64,000 bases of DNA from an uncultured Chloroflexia bacterium (GTDB lineage: Bacteria; Chloroflexota; Anaerolineae; JAAYZQ01). The stretch lies in assembly GCA_963700285.1 (NCBI GenBank), contig CAVOXA010000001.1, forward strand, positions 64,001 to 128,000, in the 5' to 3' direction. A program made the position numbers and the translations under genes. A model generated the notes under the pieces. It worked only from the letters and a program-made list of their open reading frames with translations. It had not been told where the DNA came from and did no database searches. Positions 10,960 through 21,643 of the stretch are shown here, piece by piece (position 1 is the stretch's first letter; the number at the start of each line of letters is the position of its first letter).

Positions 10960-11055
10960 GCTTCCAAGATCCCTGAGGGCTTGTCTGCACCCCGCCATCA
11001 CCGGCGAAAGATCTCACCGTGGATGCAAGGATCACTCCCTCAGGGGTCCAATGGG

Positions 11056-11481
11056 CTATTCTACGACTTTGATCCCCATGCTCCGGGCTGTGCCCTCGAT
11101 CATGCGCATGGCACCCTCTATGTCGTAGGCATTCAGGTCTTGCATCTTTTGCTCGGCAATCTCGCGCACCTGCTGCCGCGACACAGTGCCCACCGTGGTT
11201 ATGGTTACTTCGGAGGCTCCTTTGGAGACACCCGCAGCCTTTTTCAAAAGATCCGTGGCCGGCGGGGTCTTTAGGTCAAAGCGGAATGAATTGTCCTGAA
11301 AGACAGTGATCTCGGCCGGGATGATACTGCCAGCTTGGTGAGCAGTTCGCGCGTTATAATCCTTGCAAAAGGCCATGATGTTGATTCCATGCTGGCCCAG
11401 CGCGGGACCCACTGGCGGCGCCGGTGTAGCTTTGCCTGCCGGTATCGCCAATTTGACGATTGCTTTAACTTTCTTTGCCAT
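11056..11481 (-). CDS. rplK: 50S ribosomal protein L11
   Basis: [34 protein letters not shown]. Confidence 0.97.
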   Translation of the reverse strand: MAKKVKAIVKLAIPAGKATPAPPVGPALGQHGINIMAFCKDYNARTAHQAGSIIPAEITVFQDNSFRFDLKTPPATDLLKKAAGVSKGASEVTITTVGTVSRQQVREIAEQKMQDLNAYDIEGAMRMIEGTARSMGIKVVE

Positions 11482-11504
11482 TTAGCTTCTCCAACGATAC
11501 AGGG

Positions 11505-12383
11505 CTAGATCTTTTCTACCTGCAAGAAATCGAGTTCAACGGGAGTCTCCCGACCAAAGAAGGAGACCAGGATCCGTACCTTTCCCTTGTCAGGAAAGAT
11601 GTCATCTACACCGCCCACAAAATCCTCAAAGGGGCCGTCGCAGATGCGGACTTTTTCGCCGGGACGGAAGGTAACTGTGACCCGGGGCGTTTCGGCGCGC
11701 ATTCGCTTCAGGATTCTTTCTACGTCACGTTTGCGCAACGGTGTTGGTCTGCGGACCGAGCCTACAAAGCCAGTCACGCCTGGGGTGTTGCGGACGACGT
11801 ACCACGAATCCTCGTGCATGATCATTTCCACGAGGATATAGCCCGGAAAGATCCGGCGTTCAACCGTCCGCCGCTGTCCATCCTTAAGCTCGATTTCCTC
11901 CTCGGTAGGCACCAGGACCTGAAAAATCTTGTCCTGCATACCCAACGACTCGATCCGATGCTCCAGGTTTTTCTTGACTTTGTTCTCGTAGCCAGAGTAG
12001 CTGTGGATCACGAACCAGCTGTGGCCGCCAGGTGATTCTTCCTCCGGATCGCTCTCCCGTTTTCCCCCAGTTTCTTCATCGTCATCGCCCAGAAGCGCCA
12101 AGAAACCTAGACCAGCCTCATCTGCCTCGTCTTCTGAATCGGTGGCCTTGTCTGGGACCGGCTTTGACTCGGCCTCGGCTGGCTCAAGATAGGACGCAAA
12201 GAGCTGGCGGGCCATCTCCTCTGGCCTCAGCGGTGCCTCGGCGCCAGGCGTCTCGCTAGGTGACGCTGCGTCAGCCGGCGTCGCGTCGTCCGACGTCACG
12301 TCGGCAAGTTCCTCGAAAGCTGCAACGTCGTCCGCTTCGATCACTTCAGGCTCGATTGCGCTACTGCGTTCTTCTTCCATCAT
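11505..12383 (-). CDS. nusG: Transcription termination/antitermination factor NusG with acidic N-terminal extension
   Basis: WFVIHSYSGYENKVK, FPGYILVEM, VRNTPGVTGFVG, FGRETPVELDF. Confidence 0.96.
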   Translation of the reverse strand: MMEEERSSAIEPEVIEADDVAAFEELADVTSDDATPADAASPSETPGAEAPLRPEEMARQLFASYLEPAEAESKPVPDKATDSEDEADEAGLGFLALLGDDDEETGGKRESDPEEESPGGHSWFVIHSYSGYENKVKKNLEHRIESLGMQDKIFQVLVPTEEEIELKDGQRRTVERRIFPGYILVEMIMHEDSWYVVRNTPGVTGFVGSVRRPTPLRKRDVERILKRMRAETPRVTVTFRPGEKVRICDGPFEDFVGGVDDIFPDKGKVRILVSFFGRETPVELDFLQVEKI

Positions 12384-12393
12384 TACCCACTAG

Positions 12394-12606
12394 TTACAAG
12401 AACAGGCCAAAGATCAAGGAGTATACCCAGTCGATGAGGCCCAGCACGATAGCCAGGAATGTGGTTACCAAGATGACAATAACCGTCAAGTTGACTGCCT
12501 CTCTCCGGGTCGGCCAAGAGACCTTTTTCAACTCGAAATAGGTTTCTCGGAAATACCGGACGATGCCGTTTTCTTGCACTTTCCTGGCGGTCGCTGACCT
12601 TGCCAC
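12394..12606 (-). CDS. secE: Preprotein translocase subunit SecE
   Basis: ELKKVSWPTR followed by one TM helix; position before nusG. Confidence 0.93.
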   Translation of the reverse strand: MARSATARKVQENGIVRYFRETYFELKKVSWPTRREAVNLTVIVILVTTFLAIVLGLIDWVYSLIFGLFL

Positions 12607-12747
12607 GGATCCTCTTCTCCTTTACCTACTATGCAACATGGGATCCCACAAGGATGTGAGGATGTCACGCTGCCTCGAATATCTGATTCCTAGACTTGAA
12701 GACACCGCCCCATCGTGCTCCCATGAGACGGTGTCCGCTCTCCCAGG

Positions 12748-12821
12748 CAGGCCAGGCAGGACTTGAACCCGCAACCTACGGTTTTGGAGACCGTTGCTCT
12801 GCCAAATTGAGCTACTGGCCT
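12748..12821 (-). tRNA. tRNA-Trp(CCA)
   Basis: AGGCCAGTAGCTCAA...GGTCTCCAAAACC...GGTTCAAGTCC cloverleaf; canonical rpmG-tRNA-Trp-secE position. Confidence 0.95.
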
Positions 12822-12864
12822 GTGCAAGCCCAAGGCGGATCGAGATCCGCCCTGGGACCGAATC

Positions 12865-13029
12865 CTATTTCGTCTCTCGATGCAAGGTATGGGTTCGGCA
12901 GCGCGAACAGTACTTTTTCAACTCCATACGGTTCGGGTCGTTGCGCCGATTCTTGGAAGACGTGTAATTCCGTTCCTTGCACTCGGTACAAGCAAGGGTC
13001 ATGACGATGCGAACTGCTCTTTTAGCCAT
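12865..13029 (-). CDS. rpmG: 50S ribosomal protein L33 (Zn-binding form), 54 aa, absent from ORF track
   Basis: Manual translation [54 protein letters not shown]. Confidence 0.95.
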   Translation of the reverse strand: MAKRAVRIVMTLACTECKERNYTSSKNRRNDPNRMELKKYCSRCRTHTLHRETK

Positions 13030-13039
13030 AGTCTAATCG

Positions 13040-14239
13040 CTATTTCAGAATCTCGGTGATGACACCCGAGCCAACGGTTCGGCCGCCTTCGCGCATGGCA
13101 AAGCGGGAACCGGCTTCCAGGGCCACCGGCACGATCAGCTTCACACCCAGGCTCACATAGTCCCCGGGCATGACCATCTCTACGCCTTCCGGCATCTCTA
13201 CGGCCCCTGTGACATCCAGGGTGCCGATGTAGAACTGCGGCCGGTAGCCGGCAAAGAAGGGCGTATGCCTGCCGCCCTCGTCCCGCCGCAAGACGTATAC
13301 CTCACCTGTAAACTCTGTGTGCGGCTTGATGCTTCCAGGCTTGGCCAGCACCTGTCCCCGCTCAACGTCCTCACGGTTTATGCCCCGCAGCAGACAGCCG
13401 ACATTGTCCCCGGCCATGCCCTCGTCGAGGATCTTGCGGAACATCTCCACCCCGGTGCAAACGGTCTTGACCGTCTCTTTGATGCCAATGATCTCGACTT
13501 CGTCCATGGTATGGATCATGCCCCGGTCCACGCGGCCGGTGACCACGGTGCCCCGCCCCTTGATGCTGAAGACGTCCTCAATGGGCATCAAGAAGGGCTT
13601 GTCGATCTCGCGCTCGGGCGTGGGGATGTACTCGTCCACGACCCGCATCAGCTCCCAGATGCAAGCATACTCGGGGGCGTTCGGATCTGTGCTGGTGCTC
13701 TCCAGGGCGTCGCGGGCGCTGCCGCGGACGATGGGAATGTCATCGCCGGGGAAGCCATAGCTGGAGAGCAACTCGCGAAGCTCCAACTCGACCAGTTCGA
13801 GCAGTTCGGGGTCGTCCATCATGTCGACTTTGTTCAAAAAGACAACCATGGCCGGCACTTCTACCTGACGCGCCAGCAAGACGTGCTCGCGGGTCTGGGG
13901 CATGGGCCCATCAGGAGCAGCCACGACCAGGATGGCGCCATCCATCTGTGCGGCGCCGGTGATCATGTTCTTGATATAGTCGACGTGTCCAGGGCAATCG
14001 ACGTGGGCATAGTGCCGGTTCTCGGTCTCGTACTCGACGTGGGCGATGGCGATGGTGATGCCGCGGGCTTTTTCCTCAGGTGCGTTGTCAATGGAATCAA
14101 AGGCTCGGAAATCGGCCCAGCCCTTCATCCCCAGGGTCTTGGTGATAGCCGCGGTCAAGGTTGTTTTGCCGTGGTCGATGTGGCCAATCGTGCCCACGTT
14201 CACATGTGGTTTTGTTCGCTCGAACTTTGCCTTTCCCAT
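13040..14239 (-). CDS. tuf: Elongation factor Tu
   Basis: [34 protein letters not shown]. Confidence 0.99.
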   Translation of the reverse strand: MGKAKFERTKPHVNVGTIGHIDHGKTTLTAAITKTLGMKGWADFRAFDSIDNAPEEKARGITIAIAHVEYETENRHYAHVDCPGHVDYIKNMITGAAQMDGAILVVAAPDGPMPQTREHVLLARQVEVPAMVVFLNKVDMMDDPELLELVELELRELLSSYGFPGDDIPIVRGSARDALESTSTDPNAPEYACIWELMRVVDEYIPTPEREIDKPFLMPIEDVFSIKGRGTVVTGRVDRGMIHTMDEVEIIGIKETVKTVCTGVEMFRKILDEGMAGDNVGCLLRGINREDVERGQVLAKPGSIKPHTEFTGEVYVLRRDEGGRHTPFFAGYRPQFYIGTLDVTGAVEMPEGVEMVMPGDYVSLGVKLIVPVALEAGSRFAMREGGRTVGSGVITEILK

Positions 14240-14281
14240 ACTAGAACCTCCTGGTGCTGTTCAAAATCGTTGCCTTGTTCA

Positions 14282-14354
14282 AGCCCACGATGGGATTTGA
14301 ACCCATGACCTCGCCCTTACCAAGGGAGTGCTCTGCCGTCTGAGCTACGTGGGC
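14282..14354 (-). tRNA. tRNA-Thr(GGT)
   Basis: GCCCACGTAGCTCAG...CCCTTGGTAAGGG...GGTTCAAATCC. Confidence 0.95.
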
Positions 14355-14366
14355 ATACTTTCCTAG

Positions 14367-14439
14367 AGCCACCCGTCGGATTCGAACCGACGACCCAGCG
14401 CTTACAAGGCGCTTGCTCTGCCATCTGAGCTAGGGTGGC
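14367..14439 (-). tRNA. tRNA-Thr(TGT)
   Basis: GCCACCCTAGCTCAG...GCGCCTTGTAAGCGC...GGTTCGAATCC. Confidence 0.95.
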
Positions 14440-14527
14440 CTGTGTTCGAACTCTCCCCAGACCGCCACCCTGAATTACTGCGCAAAAAAACCGCGGCGCA
14501 AAGCACGCCAGGGTCATGTGGCGGCTT

Positions 14528-14556
14528 AGTATACTGACATTCAATACAAATGTCAA
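14528..14556 (-). promoter_or_regulatory. Sigma70-type promoter of the tRNA-Thr/tuf operon
   Basis: TTGACA-17 nt-TATACT on the minus strand. Confidence 0.85.
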
Positions 14557-14619
14557 ATCATGCCTGTCGTCTTACGTGACAGATGGTGCCATTAGCCAGG
14601 CAGTATCGCTGGCGACAGG

Positions 14620-14706
14620 CGGAGGGGGTGGGATTCGAACCCACGGAGCATTGCTGCTCACACGTTTTCGAGACGCGCGCATTCGACCGGACTATGCTAC
14701 CCCTCC
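14620..14706 (-). tRNA. tRNA-Ser(CGA)
   Basis: GGAGGGGTAGCATAG...CGTCTCGAAAACG, long variable arm, GGTTCGAATCCC. Confidence 0.94.
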
Positions 14707-14818
14707 TCGCAAAGAACCATTATAGCACAGAAGCTTAGGGCCAGCAAAACCCCCAGCCCTGTTGTCCAGCCCGTCGGTAGGTGTGTTTCAGATTTCTGGA
14801 TGGCAAAGCCCGGCGTAT

Positions 14819-14878
14819 GTCATCCTTCGGCTCCGCTCAGGACATGCTCAGGGCATGCTTCACTTGGTTCAGGATGAC
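14819..14878. repeat. REP-like palindromic element with nested insert
   Basis: GTCATCCT...AGGATGAC ends enclosing TCCTTCGGCTCCGCTCAGGACATGC (near-identical reverse complement at 23170-23194). Confidence 0.65.
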
Positions 14879-15134
14879 GGTCCACGGGGAAAGTTTTTGC
14901 ACATCGAGAGGCTTTCTGGGTCGTGAGCCGCCTAGAACGAAGGCATCTCTGCCCAAGTCACCCAGAATGTTGAACTACTCCCCCCGCCGGTCTGGTTTTT
15001 CCCGGTGCTTGCTGCCCGACAGCTTTTGGAGTATAATGCTGGTTCTACCCAATCGAGGCGGTCTGGCCCGTTCACCAGCCTAGGGCGAGGACCGTTCGAT
15101 TCTGACGGAACAAAAACAAAGGAGCAGGTCTAGA

Positions 15135-16118
15135 ATGGCGAAAAAGGGACGGGTTTTCAGCGGGGCACGACCGACCGGCCGCCAGCACCTGGGCAACTAT
15201 TTGGGCGCGATCCGCAACTATGTGGCGCTCCAGGATGAGTACGAGTGCGTCTATTGCGTGGTCGATCTCCACGCCTTGACGACCCTGGAGGACACGGACA
15301 AGCTGACAGAGTGGACGCGCGAGATGACCCTCGACTGGCTGGCCGCGGGGATGCGTCCCGAGGAAACGATCATCTTTGTGCAGTCCCACGTGCCGCAGGT
15401 CACCGAGCTGCACACGATCTTGTCGATGGTCACGCCGCTGGGCTGGCTGACGCGTCTGCCGACCTTCAAGGAGAAGGTCCGCCAGAATCCCGACAACGTC
15501 AACTATGGCCTGGTAGGCTATCCGGTGCTCATGGCTGCCGACATTGCCCTCTACAAAGCGGACACGGTGCCGGTGGGCGTGGACCAGGCGCCCCACCTGG
15601 AGTTCACCCGCGAGATTGTCCGCCGCTTCAACCACCACTTTGGCGAGGTGCTGGTCGAGCCGCAGGCCAAGCACACCGAGTTCACCAAGGTGCTGGGCCT
15701 CGACGGCAAGGCCAAGATGAGCAAGTCGCTGGACAACCACATCGAGATCGCCGCCACGCCCGGACGAGATCTGGCAGCGGGTGCGGATGATGGTCACCGA
15801 CCCAGCGCGCCGCTACCGGAACGACCCCGGCCATCCGGAGGTCTGCAACGTATTCAGCCTCCACAGCTTCTTCTCGCGCCGACGAGGTCGGCCAGATCGA
15901 GGCGGATTGCCGCTCGGCAGCGATCGGCTGTGTGGACTGCAAGAAGATGTTCGCCCAGAACCTGAGCGACTATTTTGCCCCCTTCCGTGAGCGACGCGCC
16001 CAGTTGGCAGCGGATCCCGATTACGTGTGGGACGTGCTGGCCGACGGCGCCCGCCGGGCCGGCGTCATTGCCGACGAGGTAATCGGCAGAGGTCAAGGAG
16101 GCGGTGGGACTGCCATAG
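15135..16118 (+). CDS. trpS: Tryptophan--tRNA ligase (frameshifts near 15765, 15880, 16085; probably sequence errors)
   Basis: [13 protein letters not shown] (HIGH), [28 protein letters not shown]. Confidence 0.93.
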
Positions 16119-16153
16119 CGGCCAACGCAGATCAGGGCGGAACGCATGCGAGC

Positions 16154-17962
16154 ATGGACAGCGACATCCGTAACTTTTGTATCATCGCCCATATCGATCA
16201 TGGCAAGAGCACCCTGGCCGACCGTTTGCTGGAGCGTACCGGTACGGTCAGCGAGCGGGAGATGATGGACCAGGTGCTGGATACCATGGATCTGGAGCGC
16301 GAAAAGGGCGTGACCATCAAGGCCTCGGCCGTGCGCATGGCCTACACGGCAGCCGATGGCCAGGAGTACGAGCTGAACCTGATCGACACTCCCGGGCACG
16401 TCGACTTTACCTACGAGGTGAGCCGCGCCCTGGTCGCCTGCGAGGGCGCGCTGCTGGTCGTCGATGCCAGCCAGGGGGTGCAGGCCCAGACCCTGGCCAA
16501 TCTGTACCTGGCCCTCGATGCCGGTCTGACCATCGTGCCCGTCATCAACAAGATCGACCTCGTCTCGGCCCAGCCAGAGGAGGTGGCTCAGGAGGTGGAG
16601 GACCTGCTGGCCATCCCCGCCGACGGACGCGATCTATACCTCGGCCAAAGAGGGCACCGGCGCCGAAGCCGTGCTGCAGGCTGTGGTGGACGCATTCCCG
16701 CCACCCGCGGGGCACGCCGGACCAGCCGCTGCGGGCCCTGATCTTTGATTCCCACTATGATTCCTACAAGGGTGTGATCGCCTACGTCCGCGTCGTGGAC
16801 GGCGCAGCTGCGTCGCGACGACGCTCTGCTGCTGATGTCAAACCTGCAGCCGGTGCTGACCCATCGAGGTCGGCGTCTTTCGCCCGGGCATGGAACCATG
16901 CGAGAGCCTGAATGCTGGCGAGGTGGGCTACGTGGCCACCGGCCTCAAGACGCTGCAGGATTGCCGCGTGGGCGACACCTTCACCCTCAGAGTCGAGCCC
17001 GGCCGCCGAGCCGCTGGCCGGCTACCGTCCGGCCAAGCCGATGGTCTTTGCCGGGCTCTATCCGGCCGAAGGCGAAGACTATACCCTGCTGCGCGACGCC
17101 CTGGCCAAGCTGCAGCTCAACGATGCCTCGCTCATCTACGAGCCCGAAACTTCTCAGGCTCTGGGCTTTGGCTTTCGCTGCGGTTTCCTGGGTCTCTTTC
17201 ACATGGACATCATCCAGGAACGGCTGGAGCGGGAGTATGATCTGGACATTGTCTTTACCTCGCCCAGCGTCGAGTATCAGGTGCTCAAGACCAATGGCGA
17301 ACGTGCTGGAAATAGACAACCCGGCCAAGCTGCCCCCTGAGAACGAGATCGAGCAGATCGAAGAACCCTGGATGCAGATCCAGATCTTTACCCCGGCCGA
17401 GTATCATCGGCCCGGTGATGGACCTGGTGATCAAGCGGCGGGGCGAGATGAAAAAGATGGAGTACCTCGATGCCAAGCGGGTGCTGCTGACCTACGAGAT
17501 CCCCCTGACCGAGATCCTGGTGGACTTTTACGACCAGCTCAAGAGCCGGACCAAGGGCTATGCCTCGCTGGACTATGCGCCCGCCGGCTACCGTCCCGGC
17601 GACATGGTCAAGCTGGAGGTGCTGGTGGGCGGTACGCCGGTGGATGCCCTGTCGATCATCGTCCATCGCGACCAGGCCTTTCACAAGGGGCAGCGTCTGG
17701 TGAGCAAGATGAAAGCAGGTCATCCCCCGCCAGATGTTCGACGTGGCCATCCAGGCGGCGGTTGGCAAGCCGGGTGATCAGCCGGGCCAATGTCAAGGCG
17801 CTGCGCAAGGACGTGCTGTCCAAGTGCTACGGCGGCGACGTGACGCGAAAGCGCAAACTGTTGGAAAAGCAGAAAAAGGGCAAAAAGCGCATGAAAAAGA
17901 TCGGCCACGTCGAGATCCCCCAGGAAGCCTTTATGACCGTGCTGCGGCTGGAAGAGGAATAG
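16154..17962 (+). CDS. lepA: Elongation factor 4 (LepA), split by multiple frameshifts (probably sequence errors)
   Basis: [76 protein letters not shown] in successive frames. Confidence 0.93.
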
Positions 17963-18044
17963 GCATCGGTCTACTGATACCCCCAAAAACAAAGGTCTTC
18001 CAATGGACTTGGAAGACCTCGAGTACCCCGGCGGAACAAACGAA

Positions 18045-19415
18045 CTAGGCTTGAGTTTCGGCTTCACCGGCGGCTGGTGAAGCGTGATGCTGGGCGTAGA
18101 GGGGGCAGCCACCACCGCAAAGGACCTGGTCGGGGCAGTCGTGGCACTTTTCCATCATGAAATCCCGGTTCCGTAGATAGCGGGCCAGTTCGTGGTCCCA
18201 GATGCTGTCCCAAGGGTCGTTGAGAAGGTTGCCCAGCGCCGAAAAATAGCTCTGGCAGGGGATTACGTCGCCGTTGGGTTCTACGCACATGTTGTACCTG
18301 GCTGCGGTGCAACCCTTGATGCCCAGCTCCATGCCGATGGGATCAAACTCGCAGTACTGGGTCGGCGTGTACCAGATGAGGCGCATGTGGTGTTCCTGCG
18401 CTGCCTCTTTGACCCGCTCCAGAATGGGCTCCAGCTCGTCCTCGCGCAGGCCGCTGCCTACGGCCACCGCCGAGCCCGAATAGATGAGGCTGTTGCAGCC
18501 AAAGGTAGGCACGCCCAGGGACGCGGCAAAGGCGATCGTTTCCACGATGCCGTCGACGTTCTCCGTGGTCATGGTCGTGTTGGTCATCATATAGACGTCG
18601 GCGTCTACCACCGTTTTGATGCCCGCTACCGTTTCTTCCCAGGCGCCCTCTACACCGACCATCCGGTCGTGGATGGCCGGGTCGTGGCTCTCCAGGGTGA
18701 TCTGGATGTGGTCGAGCCCCGCCACGAGGAGCTGGTCCAGGTAGTCCCGATCCCCCAACGCTCGCCCGTGGGTCTGCAAGCCCGTGATTAAGCCCACGTC
18801 CTGGGCGTACTGGGCGATCTCTACCAGGTCCGGCCGCAGGGTTGCTTCGCCGCCGGTGAAGGTGAGGTGAGGGATGCCCAGTTCCCAGCAGCGATCGATG
18901 ACGCGTTTCCACTGCTTGGTGGACATCTCGGGAAAATCAGCGGGCCGGCCCACGTAGCAGTGTGGGCAATCGTTCTGGCAGCGATAGGTCAGCGCCAGGT
19001 CCATGCGGTAAGGGGCCGAGATCTCGGCACTCATCGGTTCGATGCGATGCACATCCAGGTACGTGACCGGACAGACCTCCTCGTCCGCCTGGGCCAGGGC
19101 CCAGATGGTCTCCTCCAGTTCCTCATAGTCGGCGCGGGCCACCTGCTCGCTCACCTTGTAGCGCTTGGCCAGCTCGCGCGCCGCCTCCTGGGCCGATTTC
19201 CCCCGCAGGATCATGCTGGCGTGCTCCGTCGCCGTCTGATTGAGATGCAGCATCCTCGCCGCGTTGATGAGCAGCACGCCATGCCCGTCCTTCTCCACGC
19301 GCAGGTGCATGCGGTACTGCCGGGGTGAATCGGGCGGGGTGTGGTATTCGTAGAAGCCTGTGGTCAGTGGGTGAGGCGGCTCGAAATACTGCTTAACACG
19401 TTCCAGAATTGTCAT
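18045..19415 (-). CDS. Radical SAM/SPASM protein with N-terminal PqqD-like (RRE) domain
   Basis: LHLNQTA...AARELAKRYKVSEQVARADY (PqqD-like), CQNDCPHC, TGGEA, SPASM CTAA...VIPC...CHDC...CGGGCP. Confidence 0.88.
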   Translation of the reverse strand: MTILERVKQYFEPPHPLTTGFYEYHTPPDSPRQYRMHLRVEKDGHGVLLINAARMLHLNQTATEHASMILRGKSAQEAARELAKRYKVSEQVARADYEELEETIWALAQADEEVCPVTYLDVHRIEPMSAEISAPYRMDLALTYRCQNDCPHCYVGRPADFPEMSTKQWKRVIDRCWELGIPHLTFTGGEATLRPDLVEIAQYAQDVGLITGLQTHGRALGDRDYLDQLLVAGLDHIQITLESHDPAIHDRMVGVEGAWEETVAGIKTVVDADVYMMTNTTMTTENVDGIVETIAFAASLGVPTFGCNSLIYSGSAVAVGSGLREDELEPILERVKEAAQEHHMRLIWYTPTQYCEFDPIGMELGIKGCTAARYNMCVEPNGDVIPCQSYFSALGNLLNDPWDSIWDHELARYLRNRDFMMEKCHDCPDQVLCGGGCPLYAQHHASPAAGEAETQA

Positions 19416-19417
19416 GA

Positions 19418-21079
19418 TTATCTGCCTCCTCCGGCGCAGGCGCAGGCGCAACCGGCGCAGGCACAGGCGCAGGCGCAACTGTATCCCCCGCTGCGGCCAG
19501 ACCCGCTGGAGCTGGCCCTTTTGGGTGGTGGGTTGGTCTTGTTGGTCACCCCCCTGGTAAAACCTTCGATGCTGCTGACGACGGAGCTGGACGCGTTCTC
19601 GATGCCGCCGACTACGGTGTTGGCAAAGTCCGCTCCGGGCAGCGTGGGCAGCGTCACCGGGGTACCGCCGCCCGAGGGTGACGGTATTGGCGTCGATGAG
19701 GTTCTGGGAGCGCTGTGCGCCACCCAGGGCCGGTAGCCCCACCACCAGTTGGGGAGCATCACCGGGCGGTCGTGAAAGACGCGGCGCGTGCGGCCTTCCC
19801 AATTGTCGTCGAGCATCGTCCACTCCAGGCCCTCGCCCCAGCGGTCGCCCAGAACCTCCGGGGTATCGGCGGCCTCGACCTGCTTCCAGGCCCGCGCGGC
19901 AATGTCCTGGTAGTATTCGGTGGTCTCTTTGCGGCTAAAGCCGGCCAGTTTCTTGTTCACGTCGCCGATGAGGTCGATGACCATCTCCCGCAACTTGCTT
20001 TCATTTAGCATGCCATCGTCCCCTACCGCCTCTATAAAGCGGCGTTCATAGTACCACAGCTTGCTATCCTCCGGCAGTGGGTCCACGACCTCAACCTTGA
20101 GCGGTTTCTCGGACTCGACGGTGACAATGCCTTTCTTGACCAGGCCAAACAGGATCATGGTCATGATCTTGTTCAGGGGCGCTTCCAGCAGAACTGCCGC
20201 TTCGACGGCGGTCAGACCGCGCTTGATGCCGCTTCCCTCCACCGCAACCGCGGGTGGCAGATACTCCATCCTGCGCCGTTTCTTGGACCGTCCGTTGAAG
20301 AAACCGATTAGCAGCCAGGCGATGGGCAGCATGACAATAAAGATGCCGGGGCTGCTGCACAGGCCACCCAGGTTCAGGTTGAAGGCCGGTGGTGTCTGTA
20401 CCACGCCCTCGGCCAGGTACTGTCGGGGGAAGGAGGCGCCATAGACGTACTTTTTGTCGCCCCTGGCTTGCTCGTTGACCCAGGTATAGACGACCCTGTC
20501 ATCCTGGAAAGCAGCGCTGGTGAACTCGGTTCCGTGATAGCGGGGCTCCTCGGCGGTGACCCCCGGGGGCAGGTGGAGGTTGACCTCCAGACGGGTGGGG
20601 CCGTGTACAAACTGGCTGTCGAACCAGGTGGGTGCGAACTCGAAGCTGGCATAGGCGTCATCGTCGCTGTCTGGATAGACGAGATCCCGTACCGCGGCCT
20701 CCAGGTGCAGGGTGCCCGTCTGCCCCGGCTGGATGGTTTGGGGGCCCAGCTCCACAGCCACGCCCGGACTGACGTAGGGCGAGTTGCTGATGTCGGTCAG
20801 GGGCACGCCGTTGATGGAGGCCCGAATGTTAGAGATGCGGTAGCTGTCGTTGGGCAGGCCCACGTCGACGACGTCGATGGGGTGGGAGCCGGGGTCTGGA
20901 GCAAAGGTCAGGTCGTAGGCGAGGTATATGGTGCCGTCCTCCTCAATGTACACGTCAACCACGTTTTCTTGCAGGTTAAAGCGATAGTCCTGGGCCAGGC
21001 TCACCGGCGCCAGCAGCATGAAGGCCACGACGGCGAGCACGACCAGTGCCTGTATCCGCTTTGTTTTCTTGTTGAACAT
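19418..21079 (-). CDS. Exported/membrane protein (DUF2207-like architecture) with C-terminal CACACACAGCACACAGGGR tail
   Basis: Signal peptide (…SLA/QD), extracellular domain, TM helix, 'GIKRGLTAVEAAVLL', Ser/Gly linker, 7-Cys tail. Confidence 0.8.
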   Translation of the reverse strand: MFNKKTKRIQALVVLAVVAFMLLAPVSLAQDYRFNLQENVVDVYIEEDGTIYLAYDLTFAPDPGSHPIDVVDVGLPNDSYRISNIRASINGVPLTDISNSPYVSPGVAVELGPQTIQPGQTGTLHLEAAVRDLVYPDSDDDAYASFEFAPTWFDSQFVHGPTRLEVNLHLPPGVTAEEPRYHGTEFTSAAFQDDRVVYTWVNEQARGDKKYVYGASFPRQYLAEGVVQTPPAFNLNLGGLCSSPGIFIVMLPIAWLLIGFFNGRSKKRRRMEYLPPAVAVEGSGIKRGLTAVEAAVLLEAPLNKIMTMILFGLVKKGIVTVESEKPLKVEVVDPLPEDSKLWYYERRFIEAVGDDGMLNESKLREMVIDLIGDVNKKLAGFSRKETTEYYQDIAARAWKQVEAADTPEVLGDRWGEGLEWTMLDDNWEGRTRRVFHDRPVMLPNWWWGYRPWVAHSAPRTSSTPIPSPSGGGTPVTLPTLPGADFANTVVGGIENASSSVVSSIEGFTRGVTNKTNPPPKRASSSGSGRSGGYSCACACACAGCACACAGGGR

Positions 21080-21245
21080 CTCTGTTCCCTCCTCGAGGAC
21101 CTCCGTCAGTCCGGTCTTGCGTCCGGCCGTAGCCTGCTGCCTTGTCTTCCCCTGCTCGGGTCTGGTCCGCGCCCCGACGTTTTCTGCCCCATGCAACCGG
21201 TCACGGACCGGTTGTGAGCAGGCGGGAAGTATGGACCTGCCGCCC

Positions 21246-21611
21246 TCACCATTTGGGTTCTTCGACAATCTGGTAGGCGGCGTCGCAGTAGGGGCAGTTG
21301 ACCATGACCGCTCCCTGGACCACGCTGATGGCCTGTTTGTCGAGCTGGGCGCCGCAGCTTTCGCACTTCATGGCTTCCAGCTCCACGTCACCGGTCAGAT
21401 CGATCTCCTGGCGGATGGTAACCTTTTGCTCGGGTTTGGGTTCGCGCAGCCGGATGGCGACGATGATGCCCAGGCCAATGGCCACCAGCAGCCCGCCCAC
21501 CAGCAGCCGGCCGCCGGGACTGGCCGTGCCCGAGCCAAAAGCAGCCCACAGAAACAGCACGCCAAAAAAGATAAGGATCCCCGCCACGATGTAGCCAATG
21601 ATCTTGCCCAT
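21246..21611 (-). CDS. Small 2-TM protein with C-terminal Zn ribbon
   Basis: Two hydrophobic helices; CESC...CPYC. Confidence 0.75.
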   Translation of the reverse strand: MGKIIGYIVAGILIFFGVLFLWAAFGSGTASPGGRLLVGGLLVAIGLGIIVAIRLREPKPEQKVTIRQEIDLTGDVELEAMKCESCGAQLDKQAISVVQGAVMVNCPYCDAAYQIVEEPKW

Positions 21612-21643
21612 GCTCGTCTTCCCTCCCTACCACTTGCTATACG

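Noticed and set aside
14282-14439. Missing tRNA-Tyr/Gly in the tuf leader as a novelty
   Set aside because: tRNA content upstream of tuf varies between lineages; they may lie elsewhere in the genome
15932-16741. TrpS-LepA fusion protein suggested by the ORF track
   Set aside because: Artefact of a frameshift near 16085 that bypasses the trpS stop at 16116-16118
19416-19823. N-terminal extension of the radical SAM ORF
   Set aside because: Overlaps the upstream gene in another frame; ATG 19415 has its own RBS
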